A DNA stretch of 64,000 nt, taken from positions 50,458 through 114,457 of the forward strand of contig CAMFKP010000002.1 of the NCBI GenBank assembly GCA_945957385.1. The letters are read 5' to 3'. Shown here in pieces: positions 20,961 through 31,601 of the stretch. Below the pieces are notes generated by a model that was not told where the DNA came from, made no database searches, and worked only from the letters and a program-made list of their open reading frames with translations. This DNA is from an uncultured Aeromonadaceae bacterium. GTDB taxonomy: Bacteria > Pseudomonadota > Gammaproteobacteria > Enterobacterales > Aeromonadaceae. Each line of letters begins with the position of its first letter. Within the stretch, counting starts at the first letter, position 1. Made by a program: the position numbers and the translations under genes.

Positions 20961-22259
20961 ATGTCCGCCATCATGAAAGTCATGCTCAGTGAGCACGCTG
21001 CCGATGCCCAATGGGGTGAAAAGGCATTAATCAGTTTCAATCAAAATGGTGTTGCCATTCACCTCGATGGCTCAGAGTCCGAACAATTACGCCAAATTCA
21101 GCGGGCGGGACGTCGCCTCGATGGCCAAGGTATCAAACAGGTGGCATTGGTGGGCGCGGAGTGGGAGCTGGAACGTCGTTATGCGTTCTATCAGGGTTTC
21201 TATAATCCGCGCGCCGGTCAAAGCCTGTATCTTGGCGACATGCCTGCCGAGGAGCAGAAACAACTCGATGCCTTGCTGGAGGCGACGCGCTGGGTCAGAC
21301 AGATCACCAATGCCACACCAGAAGATCTTTCTCCGCAAGCGCTGGCGGAACAAGCGGCAGATTTTATAGCGCGTCAGGCTTGGGAGAATGTCAGCTTCGA
21401 GATCATTAGTGGTGAAGCCTTGCTGGAGCAGGGACATATTGGCATCTATCACGTGGGGCGCGGCAGTGAGCGTGCACCGGCGTTACTGAAGCTGGATTTT
21501 AATCCCAGTGGTGATCCCTTGGCACCCGTAGCCGCCTGTCTTGTCGGCAAAGGAATTACCTTCGACTCTGGCGGTTACAGCCTCAAAAGCTCCGATAACA
21601 TGCTGCCGATGAAATCAGATATGGGCGGAGCCGCCATGGTCAGTGGTGCCTTGGCGTTGGCGATACGTCAAGGCCTCAAGCAGCGGGTGCAGTTGTTCCT
21701 GTGCTGTGCTGAAAATCTGGTTAGCGGCCATGCCTTCAAACTCGGTGACATTCTGACGTACCGCAATGGTGTCACGGTAGAGATCCTCAACACCGATGCC
21801 GAAGGACGACTGGTTCTGGCGGACGGTTTGCTGTGTGCCGCGGACAGTGGTGCCAGCCATATCCTTGATGCGGCCACGCTGACCGGGGCGGCCAAGATGG
21901 CCTTGGGGCGTGACTACCATGCCGTATTCAGTCTGGATGAGCAGCGTGGCATGCAGTTATGTCAGTGGGCTAAATCAGTCAATGAGAAGGCCTGGCCATT
22001 ACCGCTGGAGAGCTGGCATCTGGGGCAACTGAGTTCAAGTTTCGCAGATCTGGGGAATGTCGCGTCTGCGGAGGGAACGGCTGGGGCGACCACGGCCGCG
22101 GCATTCCTTTCTCGTTTTGTTCCCGAACGCGCACAGTGGCTACATATGGATTTGTCTGCTTCCTACCAAAAGAACGGTAACGAGTTGTGGGCACCGGGAG
22201 GGAAAGGGCATGGTGTGCGTACGATTGCGCGCTGGTTGCTAGAGGTCACGTCGGCATGA
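20961..22259 (+). CDS. pepB: Leucyl aminopeptidase PepB (M17), copy 1
   Basis: ADAQWGEKA N-terminus; LVGKGITFDSGG, MKSDMGGAA, NTDAEGRLVLAD metal and catalytic motifs. Confidence 0.93.
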   Translation: MSAIMKVMLSEHAADAQWGEKALISFNQNGVAIHLDGSESEQLRQIQRAGRRLDGQGIKQVALVGAEWELERRYAFYQGFYNPRAGQSLYLGDMPAEEQKQLDALLEATRWVRQITNATPEDLSPQALAEQAADFIARQAWENVSFEIISGEALLEQGHIGIYHVGRGSERAPALLKLDFNPSGDPLAPVAACLVGKGITFDSGGYSLKSSDNMLPMKSDMGGAAMVSGALALAIRQGLKQRVQLFLCCAENLVSGHAFKLGDILTYRNGVTVEILNTDAEGRLVLADGLLCAADSGASHILDAATLTGAAKMALGRDYHAVFSLDEQRGMQLCQWAKSVNEKAWPLPLESWHLGQLSSSFADLGNVASAEGTAGATTAAAFLSRFVPERAQWLHMDLSASYQKNGNELWAPGGKGHGVRTIARWLLEVTSA

Positions 22260-23527
22260 TGCAGGTTTATCTCTCGCCACAATTGGCGAGCCCTGAGTGG
22301 GGAGAGACGGCGTTATTGAGCCACGATTTGGCCGGTTGGCAGATCCATCAAGCCGAATTAACTGCCATCCAGCAAGCTGCGCGGCGGCTGGCGAACATGG
22401 GTTTGCGCGAGATTCAACTTGCCGGGCACTGGGAGCTCAGCCAGCAGTGGGCCTTTGCTCAGGGGTTCATGCCAAGCCGGGGGGAGGTGACGTTACGCTG
22501 GGCCGATGCTCCGGATGCCAGCTTGCAAATGCTTGAGCAACGTCTGTACTGCGCCAACTGGGTGCGGCGCCTGACAAACAGCTCGCCTGAGGTGTTGGGG
22601 CCGCTGGAGTTGGCGTTGGAGGCGGTGTCATTTCTCAGTGAGTTGGCACCAGGTGCCATCAGCCATCGGTTGCTTAAAGGGGATGGCTTATTGGAAGCCG
22701 GCTGGGTCGGATTACATGCCGTTGGGCGGGCCGGTGCCCGCGAGCCGGTAATGCTGGAGTTGGACTTTAATCCGACCCACGATCGACTGACGCCTGTTTC
22801 AGCTTGCCTGGTGGGTAAAGGTATTACCTTTGATTCTGGGGGCTACAGCCTCAAGAGTTCCGAAGGCATGGTAACGATGAAATCGGATATGGGAGGGGCT
22901 GCCCTGTTGGCTGGTGCGCTGGGTTATGCCATCACCCAGGGACTGAGTCAGCGGGTCAAGTTGATCCTCTGTTGTGCCGAGAACCTGATTAACGAAAAAG
23001 CCTGCAAGCTTGGCGAGATTTTGCATTATCGCAATGGCATCAGTGTCGAAATTGTCAATACCGATGCCGAGGGGCGGTTGGTGTTGGCGGATGGCCTGCT
23101 GGCGGCGGCTGAAACCGGTGCGGCGCGGATCCTGGATGCGGCAACCTTGACGGGTGCGGCATATATGGCCTTGGTTGGCCACTACCAAGCCATTTTTGCG
23201 CTGGACACGACGGCACAGCAGCATTTTTTGCAGCATGCCGAGCGTTGTCATGAGTCGTTCTGGCCATTGCCGCTTGCGCGCTGGCATCGCCAACAGTGCC
23301 CATCGCATTATGCCGATACGGCTAACTCGCGTCCGGTGAAAGGAGGGGGACCTGGCGGCGCGTCTAATGCGGCCGGATTTCTATCCCGTTTTGCTCCCAA
23401 TGACGGCGCGGGTTGGTTGCATCTCGATCTTGCCGCTGCATTTTGTGATAACGGCAATCACCTGTGGGCTCCCGGTGCCACGGCGGTTGGCCTCACTACG
23501 CTCGCCAGCTGGCTTATGCAGCCGTAA
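22256..23527 (+). CDS. pepB: Leucyl aminopeptidase PepB-like (M17), copy 2
   Basis: ATGA overlap with the copy-1 stop; the same M17 motifs are intact (LVGKGITFDSGG, MKSDMGGAA, NTDAEGRLVLAD). Confidence 0.88.
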   Translation: MMQVYLSPQLASPEWGETALLSHDLAGWQIHQAELTAIQQAARRLANMGLREIQLAGHWELSQQWAFAQGFMPSRGEVTLRWADAPDASLQMLEQRLYCANWVRRLTNSSPEVLGPLELALEAVSFLSELAPGAISHRLLKGDGLLEAGWVGLHAVGRAGAREPVMLELDFNPTHDRLTPVSACLVGKGITFDSGGYSLKSSEGMVTMKSDMGGAALLAGALGYAITQGLSQRVKLILCCAENLINEKACKLGEILHYRNGISVEIVNTDAEGRLVLADGLLAAAETGAARILDAATLTGAAYMALVGHYQAIFALDTTAQQHFLQHAERCHESFWPLPLARWHRQQCPSHYADTANSRPVKGGGPGGASNAAGFLSRFAPNDGAGWLHLDLAAAFCDNGNHLWAPGATAVGLTTLASWLMQP

Positions 23528-23548
23528 ATGCTGCGGTGACAACGGATT

Positions 23549-23573
23549 AAAAGGGGCGCTTGGCGCCCCTTGT
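23549..23573. terminator. Bidirectional terminator between pepB2 and the oxidoreductase
   Basis: AA-AAGGGGCGC-ttg-GCGCCCCTT. Confidence 0.7.
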
Positions 23574-23589
23574 TGGATCATCTGGCCTG

Positions 23590-25365
23590 TCAACTGGCAC
23601 TGAAAGGCGGCAGATCCTCATCCTCGTCGTCATCTCGGACACTTAAATGCGGTAGCGGCTCTCCACCGCGCAGGGGGGTGGCCTGGCGTTCACTGGCCAG
23701 GAGACTGGTTGGCGCAAGCTCAGGCAGCAGTGGCTCAGATAGCGTTCGCTCACGGTGGCGGACTGGATTCGGAAACGGAGTGCCTAATTGGGGCTCGTCT
23801 CGTTCTGCTTCTGGTGTTAAATGGGCCAAATCGATTCTGGGCTCTTTTTCTTGTCCCGAGCCAACACTATTCAGTCCAGGGCCTGTTGTCAGCCCAAAGC
23901 GGTAACTGCCGGCATGGCCTTGGGGTTCCGATGTTGATGGGGAAACCCTGCTCGGTGCAGCCGGAGCCGGATTTTCCCTTCGTTCGAGCCGTGTTTTATC
24001 CAGTGGACTCGGTTGGCGAAAACCACTGCGCGGCATATTGTCGGCGCTATTGCGCGCCGCTAATGCCCGGTGTTCGTTATTGAACGTCGAGCTAGCATGG
24101 CGGTCTTCCGAGCGAAGCTGACGCTGCGGTTGTAGGCTGGGGCTCACCGTACTCTTGACGTCAGCGATGGCAGAGCTGGGCATAGCCGCAGTTGAGCTAA
24201 CGGCATGACTGGGACGGTTGGTCAGCGGAAGCGGACGCGGTTTCGGGGTATCTGTCAGCGGCGTGCGCGCTATTGCCGAGTGGCTTGACGCAGGACGTGA
24301 AGCCGACTGGATCACGGTGTCCAGTTGTCCGGGTACAAGTCGGCGCCCTTCGCGTGCGCTGCGAAGTCCCAGTTCGATTAACTCCATGACTTTGAGTGCG
24401 TCTTCGGCAGGGACGGGGGCGGGAGTCCCTCTTTGGATGGCATCGGCCATACCCTGATAAAACGCCAGATAGTGCCCTTGTTGATTGCTCAGGTCTTGAA
24501 TGCGCTGCTTGCCGTTTTGTTCCGTGATCAAGCGGCCAGGTCGAGGGTCGAGACCAAAGCTGGCGTCGCTAGGGGAGATACCTTGTTTTAGCTGCTCTTC
24601 TTGTGTATCAAGACCCACTTTACTGTAGGAGCCGAGCGTGCCATGCACGATAAAGCGCGAGGCGTTTGCGACAACCTGTGTGCTGGCATGGAGTATCACG
24701 CGACGTTCTCCGTATTGTAGAACCGCATGAAAAAAATCATCCGTCCGTGCGCCGGGTCGTTGTCTGGCCAGATCCAGCCATAGGCTCTCTGGCGTGCCAA
24801 ATAACTGCAGTGTCTGATCCAGCAGATGGGCTCCCAGATCGTACCAAAGGCCACTGCCTGGGACCGCTTGTTCGCGCCAGCGATCGCGGACCTCGGGGCG
24901 ATAGCGGTCAAAATGGGACTCTAGATGCAAGATATCGCCTAGCTCGCCACTCGTGATTAACTGACGCAGTGTGAGAAAGTCAGCATCCCAGCGGCGGTTA
25001 TGAAAAACGGATAGCTGTAAGTCATGCTCATGGGCCAATGCAATCAGCTGACGCGCCTCTTTGCTATCCAAGGTAAATGGCTTGTCGATGACCACGTGTT
25101 TGCCAGCCAGTAGCGCAGCCTTGGCTAGTGGGAAGTGGGTATCATTGGGAGTGGCGATCACGACCAAATCAATATCTGGGTCAGCCAATAATTGCTCGGC
25201 ATCGCTTTTGTGCTGCACATCGGGCCAATCGGCACGAACCTTGTCGCCATTGCGAGACACGATAGAGTGCAGATGAATACCGGGAGTGGCGTTAAGTAGC
25301 GGTGCGTGCAGTGTCTGACCTGCATAGCCGTAGCCAATCAGACCCGCGTTGATATGTTCGAGCAT
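23590..25365 (-). CDS. Gfo/Idh/MocA (YdgJ-like) oxidoreductase with a long low-complexity C-terminal extension
   Basis: GLIGYGYAG dinucleotide-binding motif, GKHVVIDKPF, FHNRRWDADF, GSGLWYDLGAHLLDQ; ATG 25365 after GGAGGAG; about 345-aa domain plus about 245-aa S/P/R-rich tail (591 aa). Confidence 0.88.
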   Translation of the reverse strand: MLEHINAGLIGYGYAGQTLHAPLLNATPGIHLHSIVSRNGDKVRADWPDVQHKSDAEQLLADPDIDLVVIATPNDTHFPLAKAALLAGKHVVIDKPFTLDSKEARQLIALAHEHDLQLSVFHNRRWDADFLTLRQLITSGELGDILHLESHFDRYRPEVRDRWREQAVPGSGLWYDLGAHLLDQTLQLFGTPESLWLDLARQRPGARTDDFFHAVLQYGERRVILHASTQVVANASRFIVHGTLGSYSKVGLDTQEEQLKQGISPSDASFGLDPRPGRLITEQNGKQRIQDLSNQQGHYLAFYQGMADAIQRGTPAPVPAEDALKVMELIELGLRSAREGRRLVPGQLDTVIQSASRPASSHSAIARTPLTDTPKPRPLPLTNRPSHAVSSTAAMPSSAIADVKSTVSPSLQPQRQLRSEDRHASSTFNNEHRALAARNSADNMPRSGFRQPSPLDKTRLERRENPAPAAPSRVSPSTSEPQGHAGSYRFGLTTGPGLNSVGSGQEKEPRIDLAHLTPEAERDEPQLGTPFPNPVRHRERTLSEPLLPELAPTSLLASERQATPLRGGEPLPHLSVRDDDEDEDLPPFSAS

Positions 25366-25613
25366 GTTCTCCTCCGTGATACCGGAACGGGCGCGTAAGC
25401 CGCATAGCCGGAAATGTGGCCACAAGGGTAGCAAACCCCTGGTGTGACGAGAAGCGTTGTAGGGCGGCCGTGCCGCTTCACTTTGCCGAGCAGATATTGA
25501 TGTGGCGTTAAAATATTTAAGAAAAGGTAACAAGCGCACATGTTATGTCTGTGGATTACCATATAATCGCGCTGCAACTCTGATAATAATTCTGGTCTTG
25601 AAAGGATTACGCC

Positions 25614-26042
25614 ATGCTAGAACGTACCTTTTCCATCATTAAACCCGACGCTGTGGGCCGCAATCTGATTGGCGATATTTACCACCGCTTTGAAAACGCC
25701 GGGCTGTGCATCATTGCTGCGAAGATGTTGCATCTGAGTCGAGAGCAGGCGGAGGGTTTTTATGCAGAACACAAGGGTAAACCCTTCTTTGATCCGCTGA
25801 TTAAGTTTATGACCTCAGGCCCGATCATGGTTCAGGTTTTAGAAGGTGAAGATGCGATCCGCCGCCATCGCGAAGTGATCGGTGCAACTGATCCGAAGAA
25901 GGCGCAGGCGGGAACCATTCGTGCTGATTATGCGGCCTCCGTCCAGCAGAATGCGGTGCATGGTTCAGATAGCATCACATCAGCTGAGCGTGAGATTGCT
26001 TATTTCTTCCCGGATGAAGAGATATGTCCTCGAACTCGCTGA
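25614..26042 (+). CDS. ndk: Nucleoside diphosphate kinase
   Basis: [26 protein letters not shown]. Confidence 0.98.
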   Translation: MLERTFSIIKPDAVGRNLIGDIYHRFENAGLCIIAAKMLHLSREQAEGFYAEHKGKPFFDPLIKFMTSGPIMVQVLEGEDAIRRHREVIGATDPKKAQAGTIRADYAASVQQNAVHGSDSITSAEREIAYFFPDEEICPRTR

Positions 26043-26060
26043 GGCGTCAATAAATGTTAA

Positions 26061-26092
26061 CGTCAGGGGGCTCAGGCCCCCTGACGCGTTTT
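26061..26092 (+). terminator. Terminator after ndk
   Basis: CGTCAGGGGGC-tcag-GCCCCCTGACG then CGTTTT. Confidence 0.7.
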
Positions 26093-26239
26093 AATACATG
26101 GCGAAGATGTCATCCTGTTCCCATACAAAGCGTAAGTGGAAAGCGCGTGGTAAAATTTGTACAATGCGCGCCCTTCTTCGGTGGCCGCCATGGCAACACC
26201 GTTTTTTCTGCAGATATATGGGTTATCCCGGAGTCAATC

Positions 26240-27358
26240 ATGAGCAACACCAAAATCAACCTGCTGGATCTGGATCGCAAAGCGCTGCGTGCGCTATTTG
26301 CAGAAATGGGTGAGAAGCCATTTCGCGCCGACCAGATTATGAAGTGGATTTACCACTTCGGGTGTGATGATTTCTCCCAGATGACCAATGTAAACAAGGC
26401 ATTACGTGAAAAGCTCAGCACCATAGCCGAGATTCGGGCTCCGGAGATAAGCCGTGAGCAGCGCTCCAGCGATGGAACAATCAAATGGGCCATGCTGGTG
26501 GGCGATCAAGAAGTCGAGACGGTCTACATTCCGGAAGACGATCGCGCCACCTTGTGCGTCTCTTCGCAAGTGGGATGTGCGCTGGAGTGCAAGTTTTGTT
26601 CTACGGCACAGCAGGGTTTCAATAGAAATCTCAAGGTTTCTGAGATCATCGGCCAAGTCTGGCGTGCGGCACAGGTCATCGGGTTTTCCAAAGATACGGG
26701 TAAGCGCCCTATCACGAATGTCGTCATGATGGGGATGGGCGAACCGCTTCTGAACCTCGCGAATGTGGTTCCAGCAATGGAGCTGATGTTGGATGATTTT
26801 GGATTTGGCCTCTCCAAGCGACGGGTGACGCTTTCTACCTCAGGCGTTGTTCCGGCATTAGATAAGCTGGGCGACATGATTGATGTGGCGTTGGCCATAT
26901 CACTGCATGCCCCGAATGATCAGTTACGCTCTGAGATCATGCCAATCAACGACAAGTATGATATTCAGGAATTTCTGGCGGCGGTACGGCGCTATTTGGA
27001 GAAATCTAACGCCAATCAAGGGCGGGTCACGATAGAGTATGTGCTGCTCGATCATTTCAATGATGATATGCAGCAGGCTCATGAATTGGCCGAACTGCTG
27101 AAAGATACGCCATGCAAAATCAATCTGATCCCGTTCAATCCTTTCCCGGGCAACCCGTATGGTAAACCGAGCAATAGCCGCATTGATCGATTCTCCAAAG
27201 TATTGATGGAGTACGGTTATACGGTCATCGTTCGCAAAACCCGTGGCGATGATATCGATGCCGCATGTGGCCAACTGGTGGGTGATGTGATCGACAGAAC
27301 CAAGCGAACCTTGAAAAAACGGATGCACGGTGAGGGGATTTCCGTCAAAATGCTTTGA
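26240..27358 (+). CDS. rlmN: Dual-specificity rRNA/tRNA m2A methyltransferase RlmN
   Basis: Radical [36 protein letters not shown]; ATG 26240 after GGAG. Confidence 0.97.
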   Translation: MSNTKINLLDLDRKALRALFAEMGEKPFRADQIMKWIYHFGCDDFSQMTNVNKALREKLSTIAEIRAPEISREQRSSDGTIKWAMLVGDQEVETVYIPEDDRATLCVSSQVGCALECKFCSTAQQGFNRNLKVSEIIGQVWRAAQVIGFSKDTGKRPITNVVMMGMGEPLLNLANVVPAMELMLDDFGFGLSKRRVTLSTSGVVPALDKLGDMIDVALAISLHAPNDQLRSEIMPINDKYDIQEFLAAVRRYLEKSNANQGRVTIEYVLLDHFNDDMQQAHELAELLKDTPCKINLIPFNPFPGNPYGKPSNSRIDRFSKVLMEYGYTVIVRKTRGDDIDAACGQLVGDVIDRTKRTLKKRMHGEGISVKML

Positions 27359-27383
27359 AATCCAATCCGTTAATGCTTAATCC

Positions 27384-28154
27384 ATGAAAATACATATCCT
27401 TATTGCCGGGAGTATGCTGTTAGCCTTGACTGGCTGCGTAACGGAAACGACTTATGTCGGCAAAGATGCCGTGCGGGACGGGGTTGATAACAAGGCCGCA
27501 GCAAAAACGCGATTGAATCTTGCCATGGGCTATATGCAAAAAGGCGAGATGTCTCAAGCCAAAATCAATATCGAGAAGGCGTTGGCGTTTGACCCGGATA
27601 ATCCCGATGTCTATTTGACCCAGGCTTACTACTTCCAGACGGTCGGTGATACTAAATCTGCGGAAAAGAGTTATCAGCAGCTGTTATCTCGCGATGGTAA
27701 AAATCCAAACGCATTGAATAATTACGGCGCCTTCCTCTGTAGCAACAAGCGCTTTGCTGAGGCGGATAAGCAATTTAATCTTGCTTTGCAACAGCCTGAG
27801 TATGTGCGCATGGATGACACCTACGAGAATGCGGCACTCTGCGCCTTGAAGTCCGGCAACAAACAAAAAGCGGCACAATACTTTGACCTCGCAATTGGGT
27901 ACAATCCCAACCGCGGCATGTTACTGCTCTCTGCCAGCGAGTTGGCGTTGATGAATAGCGATACCGCGAAAGCCGCGGCGTACCTTAAACGTTACAGTCT
28001 TGGCGGCAAGGAGACTGCCCAGAGCTTGTGGTTGAATCTGCAGCTGGCCCAGGCTCAAGGTGAAATTGCGTTGTTGCACAAATACGGCCAAGCGCTGGTG
28101 CAGCAATATCCCAAATCAGATCAAGCCAGAAGATATTTGAACAATGACTACTGA
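27384..28154 (+). CDS. pilF: Type IV pilus biogenesis/stability lipoprotein (PilF/PilW/TapF)
   Basis: Lipobox LTGC, TPR repeats (RLNLAMGY, NALNNYGAFLC, YENAALCA); conserved position between rlmN and rodZ. Confidence 0.88.
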   Translation: MKIHILIAGSMLLALTGCVTETTYVGKDAVRDGVDNKAAAKTRLNLAMGYMQKGEMSQAKINIEKALAFDPDNPDVYLTQAYYFQTVGDTKSAEKSYQQLLSRDGKNPNALNNYGAFLCSNKRFAEADKQFNLALQQPEYVRMDDTYENAALCALKSGNKQKAAQYFDLAIGYNPNRGMLLLSASELALMNSDTAKAAAYLKRYSLGGKETAQSLWLNLQLAQAQGEIALLHKYGQALVQQYPKSDQARRYLNNDY

Positions 28155-29088
28155 ACATCACGATTCCAGCCCTATGGCTATCAGCCCGGGTGAAATGTTG
28201 CGCGAGGCGCGTGAAGCGAGAGGCTTGAGTCAGTCAGAGGTTGCCGCACGTTTAAATCTTCGCGTTTCATTGGTTCGCGATATTGAACTGGATCGTTTTG
28301 ATCAACAGACCGCTACTACCTTCACTCGTGGTTATCTAAAGATTTATGCTCGTTTGGTTGGAATCTCTGAGGATGAGGTTGTTGCTGCATACGAGACGTT
28401 AGGTTTTGTGGATAATCCGTTTGCCGAAATGCACAGTTTTTCCGGCCGCCGCCGTCTTGAGGCAAATGAAAACCGCCTGCGCCTCTTCTCTTGGTTGGTT
28501 TTTATTGCATTGGGTGCGGGAATTTTATTCTGGATTTTAGGCCGCCCTGCCGATAAGCCAGAGTTGGTCAAATTGGATGAGAAGGCGTTGTTAAGCGCCG
28601 CAAGTGCGGCAGTCACTTCTACCGCGACTGCGGTGTCATCTTCTGTGTCTACCGACAGTCCTGTTATTGCATCTCCTGCTGTTTCTTCCGCTCTGGTTAC
28701 AGCGCCCTCAGCCGCATCTGCCTTGGTTGTGACTTCTGCGGCCCAACCCACTGCCAGTGCTTCAACCTCGGCTGCCGGCTCGAGTGTTGAGACGCAAGTG
28801 GTCACTGCAGCCTCCGCAGCCACACCGAGCGAGGCAGTGGATAAAGTAAGCGGTGATGTGGTGATCCGTTTTTCCGGCGACTGCTGGCTCGAAGTGTTTG
28901 ATGCCAAGGGTCGCAAATTGTTGTCTGGTGTGCGCAAGGCTGGACATCAGGAAGTTTTGAATGGTGAGGCGCCGTTCCGATTGGTGATAGGGGCGCCTAA
29001 GTACGTTTCCGTTGCATTCAAGGGTAAAGATGTCGACATGAGCCAGTTCCCTAAAGGCCGTGTTGCGCGTTTCCAGTTACCGCAGTAG
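28144..29088 (+). CDS. rodZ: Cytoskeleton protein RodZ
   Basis: N-terminal HTH (PGEMLREAREARGLSQ...RGYLKIYARLVG), single TM, A/S/T-rich linker, C-terminal CWLEVFDAKG domain. Confidence 0.93.
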   Translation: MTTEHHDSSPMAISPGEMLREAREARGLSQSEVAARLNLRVSLVRDIELDRFDQQTATTFTRGYLKIYARLVGISEDEVVAAYETLGFVDNPFAEMHSFSGRRRLEANENRLRLFSWLVFIALGAGILFWILGRPADKPELVKLDEKALLSAASAAVTSTATAVSSSVSTDSPVIASPAVSSALVTAPSAASALVVTSAAQPTASASTSAAGSSVETQVVTAASAATPSEAVDKVSGDVVIRFSGDCWLEVFDAKGRKLLSGVRKAGHQEVLNGEAPFRLVIGAPKYVSVAFKGKDVDMSQFPKGRVARFQLPQ

Positions 29089-29097
29089 AACCGAATT

Positions 29098-30210
29098 ATG
29101 ACTCTTCCTACTCCAATCAAGCGTCGCCAATCTAAACAAATCATGGTTGGCAAGGTTGCTGTCGGCGGTGGCGCGCCGATTTCAGTTCAGAGCATGACCA
29201 ATACCAGAACCACGGATGTGGATGCGACGGTGGCCCAAATCCGGGCAATTGCGCGTGCTGGCGCCGATATTGTTCGCGTATCTGTACCGACTATGGATGC
29301 AGCAGAAGCCTTTCGTCTTATCAAGCAGCAGGTCTCTATTCCGGTTGTGGCCGATATCCACTTTGATTTCCGTATTGCTCTGAAGGTTGCCGAATATGGT
29401 GCCGATTGTTTGCGGATCAATCCGGGCAATATTGGTAAAGAAGACCGGGTTCGTTCGGTTGTGGATTGTGCGCGTGATCTGGGTATTCCGATCCGCATTG
29501 GTGTTAATGGCGGTTCATTGGAAAAAGATTTGATGGACCGTCATGGCGAGCCAACGCCTGAAGCCTTGGTTGAGTCGGCGATGCGACATGTCGATATTCT
29601 TGACCGCCTGAATTTCGATCAGTTCAAAGTCAGCGTCAAAGCATCAGATGTTTTCCTTGCCGTTGATGCCTACCGTTTACTGGCCAAACAGATTGAGCAG
29701 CCGTTACATCTGGGAATTACCGAGGCTGGTGGCTTCCGAGCTGGAGCGGTCAAGTCTGCCATCGGCTTGGGCATGCTTCTGGCAGAGGGCATTGGTGACA
29801 CGCTGCGTATTTCGTTGGCCGCGGATCCCGTTGAAGAAGTGAAGGTCGGTTTTGATATCCTCAAGTCGCTGCGCATTCGTTCCCGAGGGATCAATTTTAT
29901 CGCCTGTCCTTCTTGCTCGCGGCAAGAGTTTGATGTGATCGCGACAGTCAATGCACTTGAGCAGCGTTTGGAAGATATCATTACGCCAATGGATGTTTCG
30001 ATCATCGGCTGTGTTGTGAATGGTCCGGGTGAAGCGCTGGTCTCTGATCTGGGATTGGCTGGCGCAAATCGCAAAAGCGCCTTGTATGAAGCTGGTGAGC
30101 GGGTTGATCGTCTGGATAATGAACATCTGGTTGATGAGCTGGAAAAGCGGATCCGGAGCCGAGTCGCCAGACTGGATGCAAGTCAGCGTATTGAGATTGA
30201 TGAAGTCTGA
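29098..30210 (+). CDS. ispG: 4-hydroxy-3-methylbut-2-en-1-yl diphosphate synthase
   Basis: [32 protein letters not shown]. Confidence 0.98.
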   Translation: MTLPTPIKRRQSKQIMVGKVAVGGGAPISVQSMTNTRTTDVDATVAQIRAIARAGADIVRVSVPTMDAAEAFRLIKQQVSIPVVADIHFDFRIALKVAEYGADCLRINPGNIGKEDRVRSVVDCARDLGIPIRIGVNGGSLEKDLMDRHGEPTPEALVESAMRHVDILDRLNFDQFKVSVKASDVFLAVDAYRLLAKQIEQPLHLGITEAGGFRAGAVKSAIGLGMLLAEGIGDTLRISLAADPVEEVKVGFDILKSLRIRSRGINFIACPSCSRQEFDVIATVNALEQRLEDIITPMDVSIIGCVVNGPGEALVSDLGLAGANRKSALYEAGERVDRLDNEHLVDELEKRIRSRVARLDASQRIEIDEV

Positions 30211-30238
30211 ACCAAGGCGGCCTGTGCCGCCTTGGTTC
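30209..30238 (+). terminator. Hairpin after ispG
   Basis: GAACCAAGGCGGC-ctgt-GCCGCCTTGGTTC, 13-bp stem followed by CTTATTTT. Confidence 0.7.
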
Positions 30239-30243
30239 CTTAT

Positions 30244-30272
30244 TTTACCTGGCTGGTGAAACTTCCTATAAT
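30244..30272 (+). promoter_or_regulatory. Putative sigma70 promoter for hisS
   Basis: TTTACC-17-TATAAT, 44 nt upstream of the hisS start. Confidence 0.55.
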
Positions 30273-30316
30273 GCGGTCAATTTTTTCCAGCCATCAACGG
30301 CATTCGAGATAGTAAC

Positions 30317-31597
30317 GTGGCTAAACAGATTCAAGCAATTCGTGGTATGAATGACTGCCTGCCTGAGCAGAGCCCATTATGGCAGATGGTCGAGTCAACC
30401 CTGAGACAGGTTGTGGCCTCCTACGGCTATTCCGAGATGCGGATGCCGATTGTTGAAATGACCAACCTGTTTCAGCGCGCCATCGGCGAAGTCACCGATG
30501 TCGTAGAAAAAGAGATGTATACCTTTGCTGATCGCAACGGCGATAGCCTGACATTACGCCCAGAGGGGACGGCTGGTTGCGTCCGCGCCTGTATCGAGCA
30601 TGGACTGACCTACAACCAAGAGCGTCGTGTTTGGTATATCGGTCCCATGTTTCGGCATGAGCGGCCACAAAAGGGTCGCTATCGCCAATTTCATCAATTT
30701 GGTGTTGAGGTCTTTGGCCTGAATGGACCGGACATCGATGCCGAACTCATCATGCTGACCGCACGTTTGTGGCAATCGTTTGGTATTGCAGAACATCTGT
30801 CGTTGCAACTCAATACATTAGGCTCATCTGAGGAGCGTGCCCGCTACCGTGAGGCGCTGGTCGCATTTCTGGAACAGCATAAGGATCGCCTGGATGACGA
30901 TTGTCGCCGCCGCATGTATACCAATCCGCTGCGTGTTCTCGATACCAAGGATGCCTCTATCCAGTCGCTGTTAGTCGATGCGCCAAGATTGTCCGATTAT
31001 TTTGGCGAAGAGACGCAAAACCACTTTACGACCCTCAAAGCCACCTTAGAGGCGGCCGGTATCGCTTATGAGGTCAATGAGCGGCTGGTGCGGGGTCTTG
31101 ATTACTACAACTACACCGTTTTTGAATGGGTTACCAATAGCTTGGGGGCTCAGGGAACGGTCTGCGGTGGTGGCCGTTATGACGGTTTAGTCGAGCAATT
31201 AGGTGGCCAGGCGACGCCGGCGGTCGGTTTTGCGATGGGTATGGAGCGTCTGGTACTGTTGCTGGAAACGCTTGGCAAAACTGAGGGTGTGGCGCGTCAA
31301 GTCGACGTCTATGTCTGTATGAGTGGTGATGGTGCCATGACGGCTGCATTCAGTCTGGCCGAGTCGCTGCGTGATGCATTGCCGCAGTTACGCATCATGA
31401 CCCATTGCGGTGGCGGTAATTTCAAAAAACAGTTCAAACGTGCTGACAAGGTTGGCGCCGAGATCGCGCTGATTTTGGGGGAAGCCGAGATTGCCAATGG
31501 CGAGGTCGGCATCAAATATTTGCGAGCAGAGGGTGATCAGCAGACCGTCAGACAGGATGAGCTGGCGACTGTTTTGGCAGCCCGCATAGGAGCGTGA
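30317..31597 (+). CDS. hisS: Histidine--tRNA ligase
   Basis: [44 protein letters not shown]. Confidence 0.98.
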   Translation: MAKQIQAIRGMNDCLPEQSPLWQMVESTLRQVVASYGYSEMRMPIVEMTNLFQRAIGEVTDVVEKEMYTFADRNGDSLTLRPEGTAGCVRACIEHGLTYNQERRVWYIGPMFRHERPQKGRYRQFHQFGVEVFGLNGPDIDAELIMLTARLWQSFGIAEHLSLQLNTLGSSEERARYREALVAFLEQHKDRLDDDCRRRMYTNPLRVLDTKDASIQSLLVDAPRLSDYFGEETQNHFTTLKATLEAAGIAYEVNERLVRGLDYYNYTVFEWVTNSLGAQGTVCGGGRYDGLVEQLGGQATPAVGFAMGMERLVLLLETLGKTEGVARQVDVYVCMSGDGAMTAAFSLAESLRDALPQLRIMTHCGGGNFKKQFKRADKVGAEIALILGEAEIANGEVGIKYLRAEGDQQTVRQDELATVLAARIGA

Positions 31598-31601
31598 CAA
31601 C

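Noticed and set aside
28570-28850. Low-complexity Ala/Ser/Thr stretch in RodZ
   Set aside because: This is the normal variable periplasmic linker of RodZ.
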